Assembly (NCBI GenBank): GCA_002687935.1 | Contig: NZBN01000006.1 | Location: 4,144-68,143, forward strand | Source: Methanobacteriota archaeon | GTDB lineage: Archaea; Undinarchaeota; Undinarchaeia; Undinarchaeales; Undinarchaeaceae | Direction: 5' to 3' | DNA length: 64,000 nt | Part shown: one piece after another, positions 20,688 to 30,950 of the stretch | Layout: every line of letters begins with the position of its first letter | How positions within the stretch are numbered: position 1 is the first letter of the stretch | Program-made: the position numbers and the translations under genes | Notes under the pieces: model-generated | Databases searched by the model: none | The model's input: only the letters and a program-made list of their open reading frames with translations | Told to the model about the DNA's origin: nothing

Positions 20688-22460
20688 ATGGCGAAGGGAG
20701 AAATTTACAGGGTATCAGGACCGGTTGTTGTTGCTAGAGGTCTTGATGCAAAAATGTATGATATTGTTAATGTTGGAGAAGAGGGTCTTCTTGGAGAGGT
20801 AATCAAGATAGACCAGGAAGATGTTGTTATACAGGTTTATGAGGATACGTCTGGAGTTAAGCCAGGGGAACCTGTAAAATCGACAGGAAGGCCGCTGGCA
20901 GTTCAGCTTGGTCCCGGACTTTTGACAAGTATTTATGATGGAATTCAGAGACCTTTGGAAGGTTTGAAGAAAGAAATGGGGGATTTCATTAAGAGGGGAG
21001 TTTTTATTGACGGGCTTGATATGAAGAAGAACTGGGACTTTAAAGCCTCTGTTAAGAAAGGAGATAAAGTAAGTGAGGGAGAAATTATCGGAACAGTTCA
21101 GGAAACTCCTGTTATAACACATAAAGTAATGGTGCCACCTGGAATGTCAGGAAAGATTCGGAAAATTGGTAATGGAAAGTTTACTGTAAAGGATACTGTA
21201 GCTGAGCTTGAGAGTGGAGAAAAAATAACAATGGCTCAGTACTGGCCTGTCAGGAAGCCAAGACCATATAAGGATAAATTAAGTCCAGATATTCCTCTGA
21301 TAACTGGTCAAAGAATACTTGACACTTTTTTCCCTATTGCAAAGGGAGGAACTGCTGCAATTCCTGGAGGTTTCGGAACTGGAAAAACCGTTACTCAGCA
21401 CCAACTTGCAAAGTGGGCAGATACTGACATAATTATTTTCATCGGTTGTGGAGAAAGGGGAAATGAAATGACTGAAGTTCTGGAAGAATTTCCAAAACTG
21501 ACAGATCCGAAGACTGGAAAACCGATGATGGATAGAACTGTGCTTATAGCAAATACATCCAATATGCCTGTAGCGGCAAGAGAGGCTTCGATTTATACAG
21601 GAATTACAATTGCTGAGTATTATAGAGATATGGGGTACGATGTTGCTCTGATGGCTGACTCGACTTCGAGATGGGCGGAAGCAATGAGGGAAATTTCATC
21701 TAGGCTTGAAGAAATGCCAGGAGAAGAAGGTTATCCTGCTTATCTTGCGGCAAAACTTTCACAATTCTATGAGAGAGCAGGGAGAGTTGAGTGTAATGGA
21801 AGGAAGGATTTTGGTTCAATTACAGTTGTTGGTGCAGTTTCACCCCCTGGTGGAGACTTCTCCGAGCCTGTTACTCAGAATACTCTGAGAGTTGCAAAGG
21901 TATTTTGGGCTTTGGATAGCAAGCTGGCTAATAAGAGACATTTCCCTTCGATAAATTGGCTCACATCTTATTCACTTTATACAAAGGGACTTGAAGACTG
22001 GTTCACAGAAAATATAGGAAAAGAATTTGTTGATAATCAGAAAGAAGGTATGGCACTCCTTCAGAAAGAAGCCCAATTACAGGAAATTGTGCAGATTGTT
22101 GGATCTGATGCTATACCTGAGAAGGACCAGATGGTTCTTGAAACTGCGAGATTGCTACGAGAGGGTTATCTTCAGCAGAACGCTTTTCACGATATAGATA
22201 CTTATTGCAGTCTTGAGAGACAGATGATGATGATGAAATTTAATCTTGAATTTGGAAGGCAAGGTCAGAGTGCAGTTGAGGCAGGGGTTTCTATTGAGAA
22301 AATTGCAGATATGGACAGTAAAGCGGATTTCTTGCAGTTGAAGTTTGTGAGTGAGAAGGAATTCAAGGCGAAATATGACAAAGTGACTGATAAATTGAAG
22401 ACAGAGTTTGCAAAGCTGATTAAGAATGTAGGCTCACTAAGTCAGGAGGAAACTAAATGA
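20688..22460 (+). CDS. atpA: A-type ATP synthase catalytic subunit A (no intein)
   Basis: Walker [11 protein letters not shown]. Non-homologous insert region. About 590 aa, so there is no intein insertion. The ORF track uses GTG at 20679. Confidence 0.95.
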   Translation: MAKGEIYRVSGPVVVARGLDAKMYDIVNVGEEGLLGEVIKIDQEDVVIQVYEDTSGVKPGEPVKSTGRPLAVQLGPGLLTSIYDGIQRPLEGLKKEMGDFIKRGVFIDGLDMKKNWDFKASVKKGDKVSEGEIIGTVQETPVITHKVMVPPGMSGKIRKIGNGKFTVKDTVAELESGEKITMAQYWPVRKPRPYKDKLSPDIPLITGQRILDTFFPIAKGGTAAIPGGFGTGKTVTQHQLAKWADTDIIIFIGCGERGNEMTEVLEEFPKLTDPKTGKPMMDRTVLIANTSNMPVAAREASIYTGITIAEYYRDMGYDVALMADSTSRWAEAMREISSRLEEMPGEEGYPAYLAAKLSQFYERAGRVECNGRKDFGSITVVGAVSPPGGDFSEPVTQNTLRVAKVFWALDSKLANKRHFPSINWLTSYSLYTKGLEDWFTENIGKEFVDNQKEGMALLQKEAQLQEIVQIVGSDAIPEKDQMVLETARLLREGYLQQNAFHDIDTYCSLERQMMMMKFNLEFGRQGQSAVEAGVSIEKIADMDSKADFLQLKFVSEKEFKAKYDKVTDKLKTEFAKLIKNVGSLSQEETK

Positions 22461-23824
22461 AAGAGTATAAAACAATAAATCAGGTTGCAGGACCTTTGAT
22501 ATTTCTGGAGAAAACTCATGAGGTAGGATATGGGGAGCTTGTTGATATTAAACTTTCAAATGGTGATAGGAAGCGAGGGCAGGTCCTTGATACATCGAAG
22601 GATATTGTTGTCGTTCAGGTTTTCGGAGAAACTGTAGGGATAGATAAGAAAGCATCCGTTAAATTTACAGGAGAAACTATAAAGTTAGGAGTTTCTGGAG
22701 ACATGCTTGGAAGAGTCTTTTCAGGATTTGGAGTTCCTATTGATGGGGGACCTGAAATTATACCGGAGGACCGTTTGGATATAAATGGTGCTGCAATAAA
22801 TCCATATTCGAGGAGTCCGCCATCTGACTTTATTCAGACAGGAATATCAACAATTGATGGAATGAATACTCTTGTGAGAGGACAGAAATTACCTATTTTC
22901 TCAGGTTCAGGACTTCCGCATAACGATATCGCGCTTCAGATAGCAAGACAGGCGAAAGTTCCAGGTCAGGAAGGAGAATTCGCTGTTGTGTTCGCTGCAA
23001 TGGGAATAACGAATGAAGAGGCAAAATACTTTATCAAGGATTTTGAAGAAACGGGAGCGCTTGAACATGCTGTTGTCTTCCTGAATCTTGCGAATGACCC
23101 TGCTGTTGAGAGAATTATTACTCCGAGACTTGCATTGACTACAGCTGAGTACCTTGCTTTTGAGAAAGGGATGCACGTTCTTGTTATACTTACAGATATG
23201 ACAAACTATTGTGAAGCTCTGAGAGAGATTGGAGCTGCGAGAGAGGAGATTCCAGGGAGAAGGGGGTATCCAGGGTACATGTATACTGATTTGGCGAATT
23301 TGTATGAGAGAGCAGGTATTATACATGGAAAGAAGGGCTCAATTACACAGGTTCCTATATTGACGATGCCAGGAGACGATATAACTCATCCTATACCAGA
23401 TCTTACAGGGTATATTACAGAAGGGCAGATTGTTCTTGGAAGAGAATTGCACCGTTCAGGAATATATCCCTCTATTGATGTTCTTCCTTGTTTGTCAAGA
23501 TTGATGAATTCTGGAATTGGGAAGGGGAAAACACGTGATGACCATAAAGATGTTTCTAACCAATTGTATGCAGGATATGCAGAAGGGCGAGAATTGAGAG
23601 GTCTGGTTTCTATTGTAGGAGAAGAAGCCCTCTCAGAGAGGGACAGGCGATTTCTTCGTTTTGCAGAAGCATTTGAAGACCTTTTAGTTAGGCAGGGACG
23701 GGAAGAAAACCGCTCGATTGAAGATACTTTGGATCTTGGATGGAAGATGTTTTCCGATATTCTTGATGAGAAGGACCTTACAAGAATAGATCCTGAGGAA
23801 ATAAAGAAGCGTCTAAAAAAATAA
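22457..23824 (+). CDS. atpB: A-type ATP synthase subunit B
   Basis: 455 aa. Typical B-subunit blocks ([24 protein letters not shown]). 4-nt overlap with atpA. Confidence 0.95.
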   Translation: MKEYKTINQVAGPLIFLEKTHEVGYGELVDIKLSNGDRKRGQVLDTSKDIVVVQVFGETVGIDKKASVKFTGETIKLGVSGDMLGRVFSGFGVPIDGGPEIIPEDRLDINGAAINPYSRSPPSDFIQTGISTIDGMNTLVRGQKLPIFSGSGLPHNDIALQIARQAKVPGQEGEFAVVFAAMGITNEEAKYFIKDFEETGALEHAVVFLNLANDPAVERIITPRLALTTAEYLAFEKGMHVLVILTDMTNYCEALREIGAAREEIPGRRGYPGYMYTDLANLYERAGIIHGKKGSITQVPILTMPGDDITHPIPDLTGYITEGQIVLGRELHRSGIYPSIDVLPCLSRLMNSGIGKGKTRDDHKDVSNQLYAGYAEGRELRGLVSIVGEEALSERDRRFLRFAEAFEDLLVRQGREENRSIEDTLDLGWKMFSDILDEKDLTRIDPEEIKKRLKK

Positions 23825-23825
23825 G

Positions 23826-24440
23826 ATGACAGAGGACATAAAACCAACCAGATCTGAGCTAATAAAGCTCAAGCGAAAAATAAAACTGGCTAAAAATGGT
23901 TATGAACTTCTGAAGAAGAAGAAAGACGGACTTATCCAGGAATTCTTTTCAATTTTAGATGAGGTTAGGAAAAATAGAGAGGTTCTTGGTGGAATTCATA
24001 AAAAATCAGTAAATAGTCTTGAAGTGAGTAGGGCAATGGATGGAACCCTGGCAGTAGAGTCGGCAGCCTTCTCTGTTACAAAGAATCCGGATATAAAAGT
24101 GCAGCCGAAAAATATAATGGGAGTTTCTGTTCCAGAGATTGAAATTGTACAAGGGACTGTACTTGATGAAAGAAATTATGGGATTATAGGAAGTTCTAGT
24201 TATATTGATAATGTTGTTGATGATTACCAGGAACTTCTTGAAAAAATAGTTCTTAGCGCTGAAATGGAAACCGCAATGAAGAGGCTACTTCTTGAGATAG
24301 AAAAAACCAGACGTCGTGTAAGTGCTTTAGAATATATTGTTATACCTAGAATGGAAGGACAAGCAGAATTTATAAGATCCAGGCTTGAGGAATTGGAAAG
24401 AGAGAATTTATTCAAACTTAAGTTGATAAAGAAGAAGTAA
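23826..24440 (+). CDS. atpD: A-type ATP synthase subunit D (central stalk)
   Basis: 204 aa. The N-terminus IKPTRSELIKLKRKIKLAKNGYELLKKKKD is typical of subunit D. Confidence 0.9.
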   Translation: MTEDIKPTRSELIKLKRKIKLAKNGYELLKKKKDGLIQEFFSILDEVRKNREVLGGIHKKSVNSLEVSRAMDGTLAVESAAFSVTKNPDIKVQPKNIMGVSVPEIEIVQGTVLDERNYGIIGSSSYIDNVVDDYQELLEKIVLSAEMETAMKRLLLEIEKTRRRVSALEYIVIPRMEGQAEFIRSRLEELERENLFKLKLIKKK

Positions 24441-27400
24441 ATTTTTTCAGAGATTTTTGTTCTTTTGCTCCGAAGAGGGCGAGGATATTTTTATCAAAGG
24501 CATTAATTTCTTGTTCTAAGTAGGTTGATAAGTTGTATTTTTTTATTAAATCCTGAGAAATGCCGAGATATTTTTCTATACTTCCGCGATGAACTGTTAG
24601 AGTGAGATTTCCGTCACAATTAGCACAGCTTCCGCTCAGTGGTGGACGACGATATTTTGTATTGCACTTTGTGCACCTGACTTTTTGTTTTGAAAATTTT
24701 CTGAGATTTCCTTTTATATCTGGAAGGAAGTGGCTTTGAATTATTTTCTCTGCAACTATGTTTTCATTTACTGCAGATATTCTCTCGGCAAGATCCATTT
24801 GTTTTGCAAGTTTCTCCACCATTTGTCCTGAAGAATATACATTGAAATGGGCACCAAGTCCTATATCGGAGGTGTCGTGAGTAAACCCCCAACCAATGAA
24901 GGGATTTTCATCATTTACAACATCACGGACTCTCTTCATATCTACACTTGATGGTTCTGCAGTCCAAATTGTTGATTCATAGAATTTGAGCGAGTACTCT
25001 TCGACTATGTCCAAATCGTAGACTTCGTCATCTATTTCTAAGGGATTTAATTCATTGGTTACGACAAGAGGAGCATCCATTCTTCCTCCTCGTCTGTCAG
25101 GAAGTAATTCTCTTGAGAAATTTAGAAAAGCATCAAGAAGTAACATTATTGCATCTTCGTCGCCATCGCAGTCGCGTCTTTTGGCGTCGTGGAAGCAGGG
25201 ATGTGCGTATCCGACGCGGGCCTTTGTGAAGCCTATTACTCGACCTATTATACCTGTTGAAGTGTGAGGGGCAAGTGCTATTACATGACTTCCAATCATG
25301 TCGTCCCCTGTTTTTGCATTGTAGTAGGGCTGGAGACCATAATATTTTACAAGGAGGTCATCGACAAATTTTGATATATTTAGAAGGTATTCTCCTGCAG
25401 GGTTGTCTCCGTGGTTTGATAAGATTATGTCTTGAGGAAGGAGTTCAATTTCTTGTGAAGTTGAATTTACCTCCTTTCCGAAGCGGTCTTTTTGATAACC
25501 GAGTGCTTTCAGTTTTTCAAGTGAAATACCAACTTCCTTTGCTCTGAAGTGAGTAAGTGGGGCGTTTGTACTGTCGAATCTTATTGTACCGTCTTTGAAG
25601 GGGTAAACATTGTGGAGAGCTCTGAGCATTCCTTTTTCCAAGGGTTCGGGAATTTTGTTGCGACTACCCATACCGAGAACTCCCTTAAGAGGAGGGAGTT
25701 CCGGATTTCCAAGTTTTTGTGAGGCTTTTTCAAATATTGATTTTATATTGACCTGCTTTTTTTCGTGAGCCCGTGGAGGGATTTTACAGATTGGGCATTT
25801 TTCTTTTTTTGTCGCCCTTTTACACCGGGGACAGGTGGCAATTAATTCTGTTGATGAATCACAGACAGAACATTTTGGATACATTTCAGAACGGTTGCAG
25901 GCTCTGCAGTAGAATTTTGCAACATCTATAAGAACGCTTGGTGTTTTTTCTACTGTTTTTCTTAAGTCACGTATTCTTCCTTTTCTTCCGCCGGTTGGGA
26001 AGAGTGCGTGGATAGCCGGGACCATTTTACGGGGCTTTGCTTTTTCAGGCCTACCCATCCTTGCACCAATTGTTGTGGGAATTCTGTCCATGATTTTTGT
26101 TTTGCATAATTCATTTATGATTTTGAGAGAGGATTTGTGAGAAGAATTTCGTATTGCCTCTGTTGTTTCCAGTCCAATTGGGAGTTGATGGCGGAGTGCA
26201 TCAGAATGTTTAGTTATGATTATGTTTTCTCCAGAGATTTTGTGGAATATGCAGAGCTCTTCAAATATTTTTTTTATTTCTCGTGTGTTTTTCAAAGTAA
26301 TATCTCCAGAAGTAGGTGCTTTTTCTAGAGCATTTGATAAATGTTCTAGACCTTTTTTTGATATATGTCTCCAGAGGAAAGTATATTTTGGGTGGAGGGG
26401 AATCTCATACTTTTCCGAGAATTTTAGTGCTTCTTCAAAATTTGGTAAAGGATAAGGACGTTTTAATGCATCTGAATCCTCCTCAGGATTTTTTTCAAAA
26501 ATTTGTTTAGACCACCATTCTTCACAATATGAAGATGGGGGGAGTGGGTGGTTGTTTTCGACAAAATCGCCAGCTGATATAAGAATATCTCCTAGTTGTA
26601 TTATTTTTACTACCTCATCTCTTAGTTCGAGGGCTTTTTCTACTGTATCTACTTGGATAACTTCGCCAGAATCCAGCAAGACTGTCGGACCATTTATAGT
26701 ATCACAAGGAGTTACGATTGCCGCTTTTCCAGGGAACTCCAGCCTTATTTGAGTTCCAATTGCTATGAATTCATTGAGAATGTACATTAAAGCCGGGTTT
26801 AATGCTAGTGCTGCATAGCCGGTTGCACGGGTTCTTCCATAACGAAGAGTAAAGCCCCCTCTAGTGGAAGGAAACGCGAAAACCGGCCGTCCTGCAGGGA
26901 CTTCGTTCAGATATTTAGCATGTTGGGGGGCTTCTTTTTCTTCCTCTAAAAGCTGTTTTGCCCAAACTTCTCCTTCATCAACTGCTTTGTGAATTATTTT
27001 TCCGAGACTGGCAGCGCCTTCATTTGTGATATCGGATATCCATTCATGTTTTGGTATTTCCACTTTGAGGTGTTCACTTTTTGCTTTCTTTATTGCCAGA
27101 AGACCGTCAATCCAGCTCCAGTCAAGACCAAATTTTTCTTCAAGATGTTTCAGACGTTTGTGAAGTTTTGGAGCTTTTTGTGCTATTCCCTCAGCTAGGA
27201 CTAGACACATACCTCCTCTTAGTCTGTTTGTTTCAACACGAGGAAGGTCACGATAATTTGAAACCTCCACTTTTTCAGTTGGCTCTCCGTTGAGGCATAT
27301 TGGAACGTTTCTGATTATTGTTTCTATTTCGTTTTCAGAGGGTTTGTATTGTAGATGGACTCTGCGGTGATACCAATTAATCTCTTCAATGTAACGGCGG

Positions 27401-27915
27401 ACTTCGTCTTGTGTTGGTTTGAATTTACTGAGCCCGAGACATTTTCTAGTATAATCTGACATTACTACGGAAATGGCTTCTGCAGTTCCTCCTGCAGCCC
27501 GTATTGGACCTGCGTAATAGACAGAAAGATATTCTGTGTTATCAGGATTTCGTCCTATGGTAACTTTTGCTATTCCTTCGAGTGGGGCTGCAACTGCCCC
27601 TTGAGTTAGATAAGCTAGAGATGCCCGGATCGCATTGTCAGCAGCTGTTTCTCGGTCTGGCTCTAATTTGACTAACTCTTCTATAAGTTTGAAAGCTACT
27701 TCCTCTTCTACTTCAGTATTTTTTCTTATTTCTCTGATGAGCTTGGCAAGCCCTTTGAGTTGGAGCAGACCTTCAACTTTTTCTTCTACATTGGTTGCTA
27801 TGTATATTTCAGGTTCATTGGAAAAATCCAGTGCAGAGTTTCTTGCTTTTGAGGCTATATCAAACTCTTTCTGTGTTTGTTCTTTTATTGAATTTTTATA
27901 TTCAGATAGGTTCAT
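24418..27915 (-). CDS. polC: DNA polymerase II (PolD) large subunit DP2
   Basis: 1165 aa. Multiple Cys4 zinc modules (CRACNRS..CSVCDS, CPRCKR..CPIC, CTKCNTKYRR...CANCDG) and conserved DP2 blocks. The length is consistent with no intein. Confidence 0.95.
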   Translation of the reverse strand: MNLSEYKNSIKEQTQKEFDIASKARNSALDFSNEPEIYIATNVEEKVEGLLQLKGLAKLIREIRKNTEVEEEVAFKLIEELVKLEPDRETAADNAIRASLAYLTQGAVAAPLEGIAKVTIGRNPDNTEYLSVYYAGPIRAAGGTAEAISVVMSDYTRKCLGLSKFKPTQDEVRRYIEEINWYHRRVHLQYKPSENEIETIIRNVPICLNGEPTEKVEVSNYRDLPRVETNRLRGGMCLVLAEGIAQKAPKLHKRLKHLEEKFGLDWSWIDGLLAIKKAKSEHLKVEIPKHEWISDITNEGAASLGKIIHKAVDEGEVWAKQLLEEEKEAPQHAKYLNEVPAGRPVFAFPSTRGGFTLRYGRTRATGYAALALNPALMYILNEFIAIGTQIRLEFPGKAAIVTPCDTINGPTVLLDSGEVIQVDTVEKALELRDEVVKIIQLGDILISAGDFVENNHPLPPSSYCEEWWSKQIFEKNPEEDSDALKRPYPLPNFEEALKFSEKYEIPLHPKYTFLWRHISKKGLEHLSNALEKAPTSGDITLKNTREIKKIFEELCIFHKISGENIIITKHSDALRHQLPIGLETTEAIRNSSHKSSLKIINELCKTKIMDRIPTTIGARMGRPEKAKPRKMVPAIHALFPTGGRKGRIRDLRKTVEKTPSVLIDVAKFYCRACNRSEMYPKCSVCDSSTELIATCPRCKRATKKEKCPICKIPPRAHEKKQVNIKSIFEKASQKLGNPELPPLKGVLGMGSRNKIPEPLEKGMLRALHNVYPFKDGTIRFDSTNAPLTHFRAKEVGISLEKLKALGYQKDRFGKEVNSTSQEIELLPQDIILSNHGDNPAGEYLLNISKFVDDLLVKYYGLQPYYNAKTGDDMIGSHVIALAPHTSTGIIGRVIGFTKARVGYAHPCFHDAKRRDCDGDEDAIMLLLDAFLNFSRELLPDRRGGRMDAPLVVTNELNPLEIDDEVYDLDIVEEYSLKFYESTIWTAEPSSVDMKRVRDVVNDENPFIGWGFTHDTSDIGLGAHFNVYSSGQMVEKLAKQMDLAERISAVNENIVAEKIIQSHFLPDIKGNLRKFSKQKVRCTKCNTKYRRPPLSGSCANCDGNLTLTVHRGSIEKYLGISQDLIKKYNLSTYLEQEINAFDKNILALFGAKEQKSLKKFTSSLST

Positions 27916-29359
27916 TTTTGTAAAAATTTATTAGCTGCATTTCGCGGCTTTTCATATTTATTATAGGAAGATTTCCGGGTGTTGGTTCGTGCCCGCATAG
28001 TTCCTGGAAGTCTGTTTTACCCTGCCAAGTTCCTGAATTCAGCATTGTTACTCCGCGATAGTTCATAGCACCATTTGAATGAACATGACCTGTGTGAAAT
28101 ATATCTATATCACTTGGAATTACCATACTATCCTGTCCGCTTGTGACCAAATCGGAACTGTATATAGGAGATAGGTGTCTTTTTTTGAGTAGAGCCAGCA
28201 TAACTATTTCAGGGTGTTTGTAACCATCTTTGAAAGTTTTATCAGAAGCCACCATTGTATCTATGCTTGTTCCATGATAGAGTAGTGTGTTTAAACCACC
28301 CCCATCTGAGGAATGTATATTTACAAGAGAGGGGTTGCTGACCATTGTTACATTACTTAGTTCATTTAATTCAGGGGCTATGTCTTTAGTCAGAGGTGTT
28401 TGTGGTTGAGCTAGATGTGTGTAATCGTGGTTTCCGGGGCAAATTATTATTTCAATATTTTCAGGTATTTTTGAAAGGAGTTTTGCCGCTTCTGTATATT
28501 GTTTTGTGATGTCAGATTCGTAGAGGCCTTCTTTTTGATTGGGGTAAACACCAACACCATCGACTAAATCTCCAGCTATGAAAATGTAATTTATATTATC
28601 TGTTATTTCCCTTTGTATATCACTTTCAACATCTGAATTGAACCAATCGAGAAGGTCGTTAAACTCTTTTTTGAGAAATTTTTTACTTCCAATGTGTATG
28701 TCAGAAAGGAAGGCTGTATGGCTTGCATCAGAGAGTTTTTTCATGTGCCTTCCTGTTGGAAAGTCAGGTTGTATTATGTTGTTAGTAAAGAATATATCAT
28801 CTCCCATGCTTCCTTCAAGCGCTATTACTTCATCAAGGACTATAGGCGCTGCCTGTTTGATTGCCTCTGGGCTTGTAGTAATTGTTTTTAGAGTCCCTGT
28901 TGGATCTTCTAACTCGAGTATGACGCTATTTTTAGTTATTCTTTTGTCAGAAACTATTCCAATTAAACTGCATTTTTCCCCTTTTGCTTTTTCTGCATGA
29001 GCAAGGGACATGGTATTATTGGTACGTGTGGAAAGAATTTTTTTGAAATAGTTGTATCTTGCTCTGAAGAAATCAGAAATTGTTTGGAGACCGTCTACAT
29101 AAGGTGTTTTTGTGCAGTTTTGGAGTATGTTTACTTCTGTTTTAAAGGCTGAGCCAATTTTTCTTTCTGAAATTGATTGGGTTTTTGTGAAGTGTGTTGT
29201 TGTGATAAGAAATTCACCAGATTCTAGTTTTTTTATTGAATTTTCCAGTGCTTTTTTTGGCTCTTTTTGTTCAGCAATTAATCTGATAGCATCTGTTGTT
29301 ATCTGTAGGTTTTTTTCTATAACCAGTTTCAGTAGATCTTTCTGTAGTTTTATATTCAT
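27902..29359 (-). CDS. polB: DNA polymerase II (PolD) small subunit DP1 (3'-5' exonuclease)
   Basis: 485 aa. Calcineurin-like phosphoesterase motifs (SDIHIGS, GDLVDGVGVYP, CPGNHD, HTGHVH). 14-nt overlap with DP2. Confidence 0.9.
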   Translation of the reverse strand: MNIKLQKDLLKLVIEKNLQITTDAIRLIAEQKEPKKALENSIKKLESGEFLITTTHFTKTQSISERKIGSAFKTEVNILQNCTKTPYVDGLQTISDFFRARYNYFKKILSTRTNNTMSLAHAEKAKGEKCSLIGIVSDKRITKNSVILELEDPTGTLKTITTSPEAIKQAAPIVLDEVIALEGSMGDDIFFTNNIIQPDFPTGRHMKKLSDASHTAFLSDIHIGSKKFLKKEFNDLLDWFNSDVESDIQREITDNINYIFIAGDLVDGVGVYPNQKEGLYESDITKQYTEAAKLLSKIPENIEIIICPGNHDYTHLAQPQTPLTKDIAPELNELSNVTMVSNPSLVNIHSSDGGGLNTLLYHGTSIDTMVASDKTFKDGYKHPEIVMLALLKKRHLSPIYSSDLVTSGQDSMVIPSDIDIFHTGHVHSNGAMNYRGVTMLNSGTWQGKTDFQELCGHEPTPGNLPIINMKSREMQLINFYKNEPI

Positions 29360-29367
29360 GTTGGAGT

Positions 29368-30561
29368 TCAGAGTAATTCGCCACGAAGTATTTCGGATGT
29401 TTTTTCCAGGGCGACAGGTGTCATATCTAGTTTTATTTTTCTTGTTCTTCCGTATCGTCCTTTTGAGACGACGAGGGAATTTATGACACCTAACATGTCC
29501 AATTCCGATATTAGGTCGGAGACACGTCTCTGAGTTAGTGGCACAAGGCCTATTTGCTTGCAGAGGTTATGGTAGACTTCAAATACCTCCCCTGTAGCAA
29601 CTTCGTTTTTATTTAATTCTTTTAAGTAGATTATGCTGTAGAGTACTATTTGTGATTGGCGGGGTTGTGTTTTTACAATTTCGACAACACGATCAATGTC
29701 TATTTTGCGCATTGCTCTGTCGACATGTCCTTCATTTACCTTTATGTCTACATTTCTTTCTGCGATTTCACAGGCAACCCTGAGAAGGTCTAATGCTCTT
29801 CGCACATCTCCGTGTTCCTGGGCGGCAAGAGCAGAGCATTTTGCTATTGTTCCTTCTTCCAAAGAAGTTGGAGAAAGTGCTATGTCTGCTCTGTTTGCTA
29901 ATATGTCCTGAATTTGTATGGCATTGTAAGGAGGAAATACTAATTCTTCTTCTGATAGGCTGGATTTTATTCGTGGGTCGAGATTGTTTGTGAAATTTAG
30001 GTCGTTTGAAATTCCAATTATACTTACTTGTGCATTTGAAAGTTCTGTATTTATTCTAGTTAGGTTATAAAGAACATCTGTCTCGACAAGAGTGTCTATC
30101 TCGTCCAGAACAATAATAAATACCCCACCAGCTTTGTTTATTTCTCTAAGAAATATTTTATATACTTCATCTGTTGGCAAACCAGTTGCTGGAACATCTA
30201 CATCAATAAAACTTAGGAAACGCGCAAGAAGTCTATAGGGTGTATTTATTTTTTCCATTTTACAATTCATATAGAGGGTTTTAAGTGTTGTTTTTTGTTT
30301 TGTGGCCTTAGATTCTAGTTCCTGACAAACAAATTTAGAAACCAGTGTTTTTCCTGTTCCTGTTTTTCCATAAATAAATACATTAGATGGTCTGTCCCCA
30401 CGAAGCCCAGGAGCTAAAATAGCAGCTAATTGGTTTATTTGTTCGTTTCTGTGTGGGACGTTTTCAGGTGTGTATGCGTCTTGTAAGGCTTGTTTTGAAA
30501 TAAATAGTGATTGTTTACTTAGAAAGGAATCAAATAAATCTTCTAGTGTTTTTTGTTTCAT
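29368..30561 (-). CDS. cdc6: Orc1/Cdc6 replication initiator
   Basis: Walker A GKTGTGKT, Walker B IIVLDEID, sensor regions, C-terminal winged helix. The ORF track extends to 30837, but that stretch is the low-complexity origin. I start at the ATG at 30561 (MKQKTLEDLF...YTPENVPHRNEQ), with an alternative at 30582. Confidence 0.9.
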   Translation of the reverse strand: MKQKTLEDLFDSFLSKQSLFISKQALQDAYTPENVPHRNEQINQLAAILAPGLRGDRPSNVFIYGKTGTGKTLVSKFVCQELESKATKQKTTLKTLYMNCKMEKINTPYRLLARFLSFIDVDVPATGLPTDEVYKIFLREINKAGGVFIIVLDEIDTLVETDVLYNLTRINTELSNAQVSIIGISNDLNFTNNLDPRIKSSLSEEELVFPPYNAIQIQDILANRADIALSPTSLEEGTIAKCSALAAQEHGDVRRALDLLRVACEIAERNVDIKVNEGHVDRAMRKIDIDRVVEIVKTQPRQSQIVLYSIIYLKELNKNEVATGEVFEVYHNLCKQIGLVPLTQRRVSDLISELDMLGVINSLVVSKGRYGRTRKIKLDMTPVALEKTSEILRGELL

Positions 30562-30594
30562 ACCTACCCACAATATTTGCATAGGAAGTAAGGG

Positions 30595-30600
30595 TATAAA
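30595..30600 (-). promoter_or_regulatory. candidate TATA box (TTTATA on minus strand) for cdc6
   Basis: Lies 34-39 nt upstream of the ATG at 30561, which predicts a short leader. Confidence 0.3.
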
Positions 30601-30620
30601 TACCTTACTGGTTTTTCCAG

Positions 30621-30650
30621 ACCCACCCACCCCTTTGTTTCCAGTGGAAC
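30621..30650 (-). promoter_or_regulatory. ORB-like box 1 (minus-strand reading GTTCCACTGGAAACAAAGGGGTGGGTGGGT)
   Basis: Plus-strand core TTCCAGTGGAA at 30639-30649, with the G-string on the left side. A second GGTGGGG lies on the right at 30658-30664. Confidence 0.65.
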
Positions 30651-30831
30651 AGCCAGTTGGTGGGGCGGTGTTTTTTGTTTTAAGCCCGATTAGACCGCTT
30701 TTAGTGGTTTTGTAGTGTTTTTGTCTTGTTTTTATCTTATTAAAAAGTAGTTTAGTGGTCTTTTTTGTTTTATTTTTTGTTTCATGGGGTGTTTTGGTGT
30801 TGTTTCTTGTTTTTGGGTTCTTTTCTTCCCT

Positions 30832-30851
30832 TTCCAAAGGAAATTGGGGGT
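30832..30851 (+). promoter_or_regulatory. degenerate ORB-like box (TTCCAAAGGAAATTGGGGGT)
   Basis: Same architecture as box 2 (TTCC-N3-GGAA, 3 nt, G-string) with two core mismatches. Confidence 0.45.
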
Positions 30852-30863
30852 TTTGTTGTGATT

Positions 30864-30882
30864 TTCCAGTGGAAGTTGGGGT
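30864..30882 (+). promoter_or_regulatory. ORB-like box 2 (TTCCAGTGGAAGTTGGGGT)
   Basis: Exact TTCCAGTGGAA core at 30864-30874 followed by the GGGGT G-string. Confidence 0.65.
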
Positions 30883-30894
30883 TTTTTGTTTGGT

Positions 30895-30950
30895 TATATT
30901 ATATATATTTATTAACTATATAGATAATAAATAAATAAATAAATAAAACC
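30895..30950. repeat. AT-rich putative duplex-unwinding element with (ATAA)n microsatellite
   Basis: The sequence tatattatatatatttattaactatatagataataaataaataaataaataaaa is almost devoid of G/C. Confidence 0.55.

Noticed and set aside
20688-29359. Inteins in atpA, DP2, DP1 (also radA, cdc6)
   Set aside because: All these proteins have lengths typical of intein-free versions. No Cys/Ser-His-Asn splice-junction blocks or homing-endonuclease (LAGLIDADG) segments were seen.
30562-30837. N-terminal 92 codons of the 489-aa ORF-track Cdc6 (MEREEKNPKTRNNTKTPHETKNKTKK...)
   Set aside because: The stretch is a low-complexity Lys/Thr/Asn translation of the T-rich origin DNA and runs straight through the ORB boxes. 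The conserved Cdc6 N-terminus (…LFISKQALQDAYTPENVPHRNEQ) begins right after the ATG at 30561, which has a TATA-like box about 35 nt upstream.
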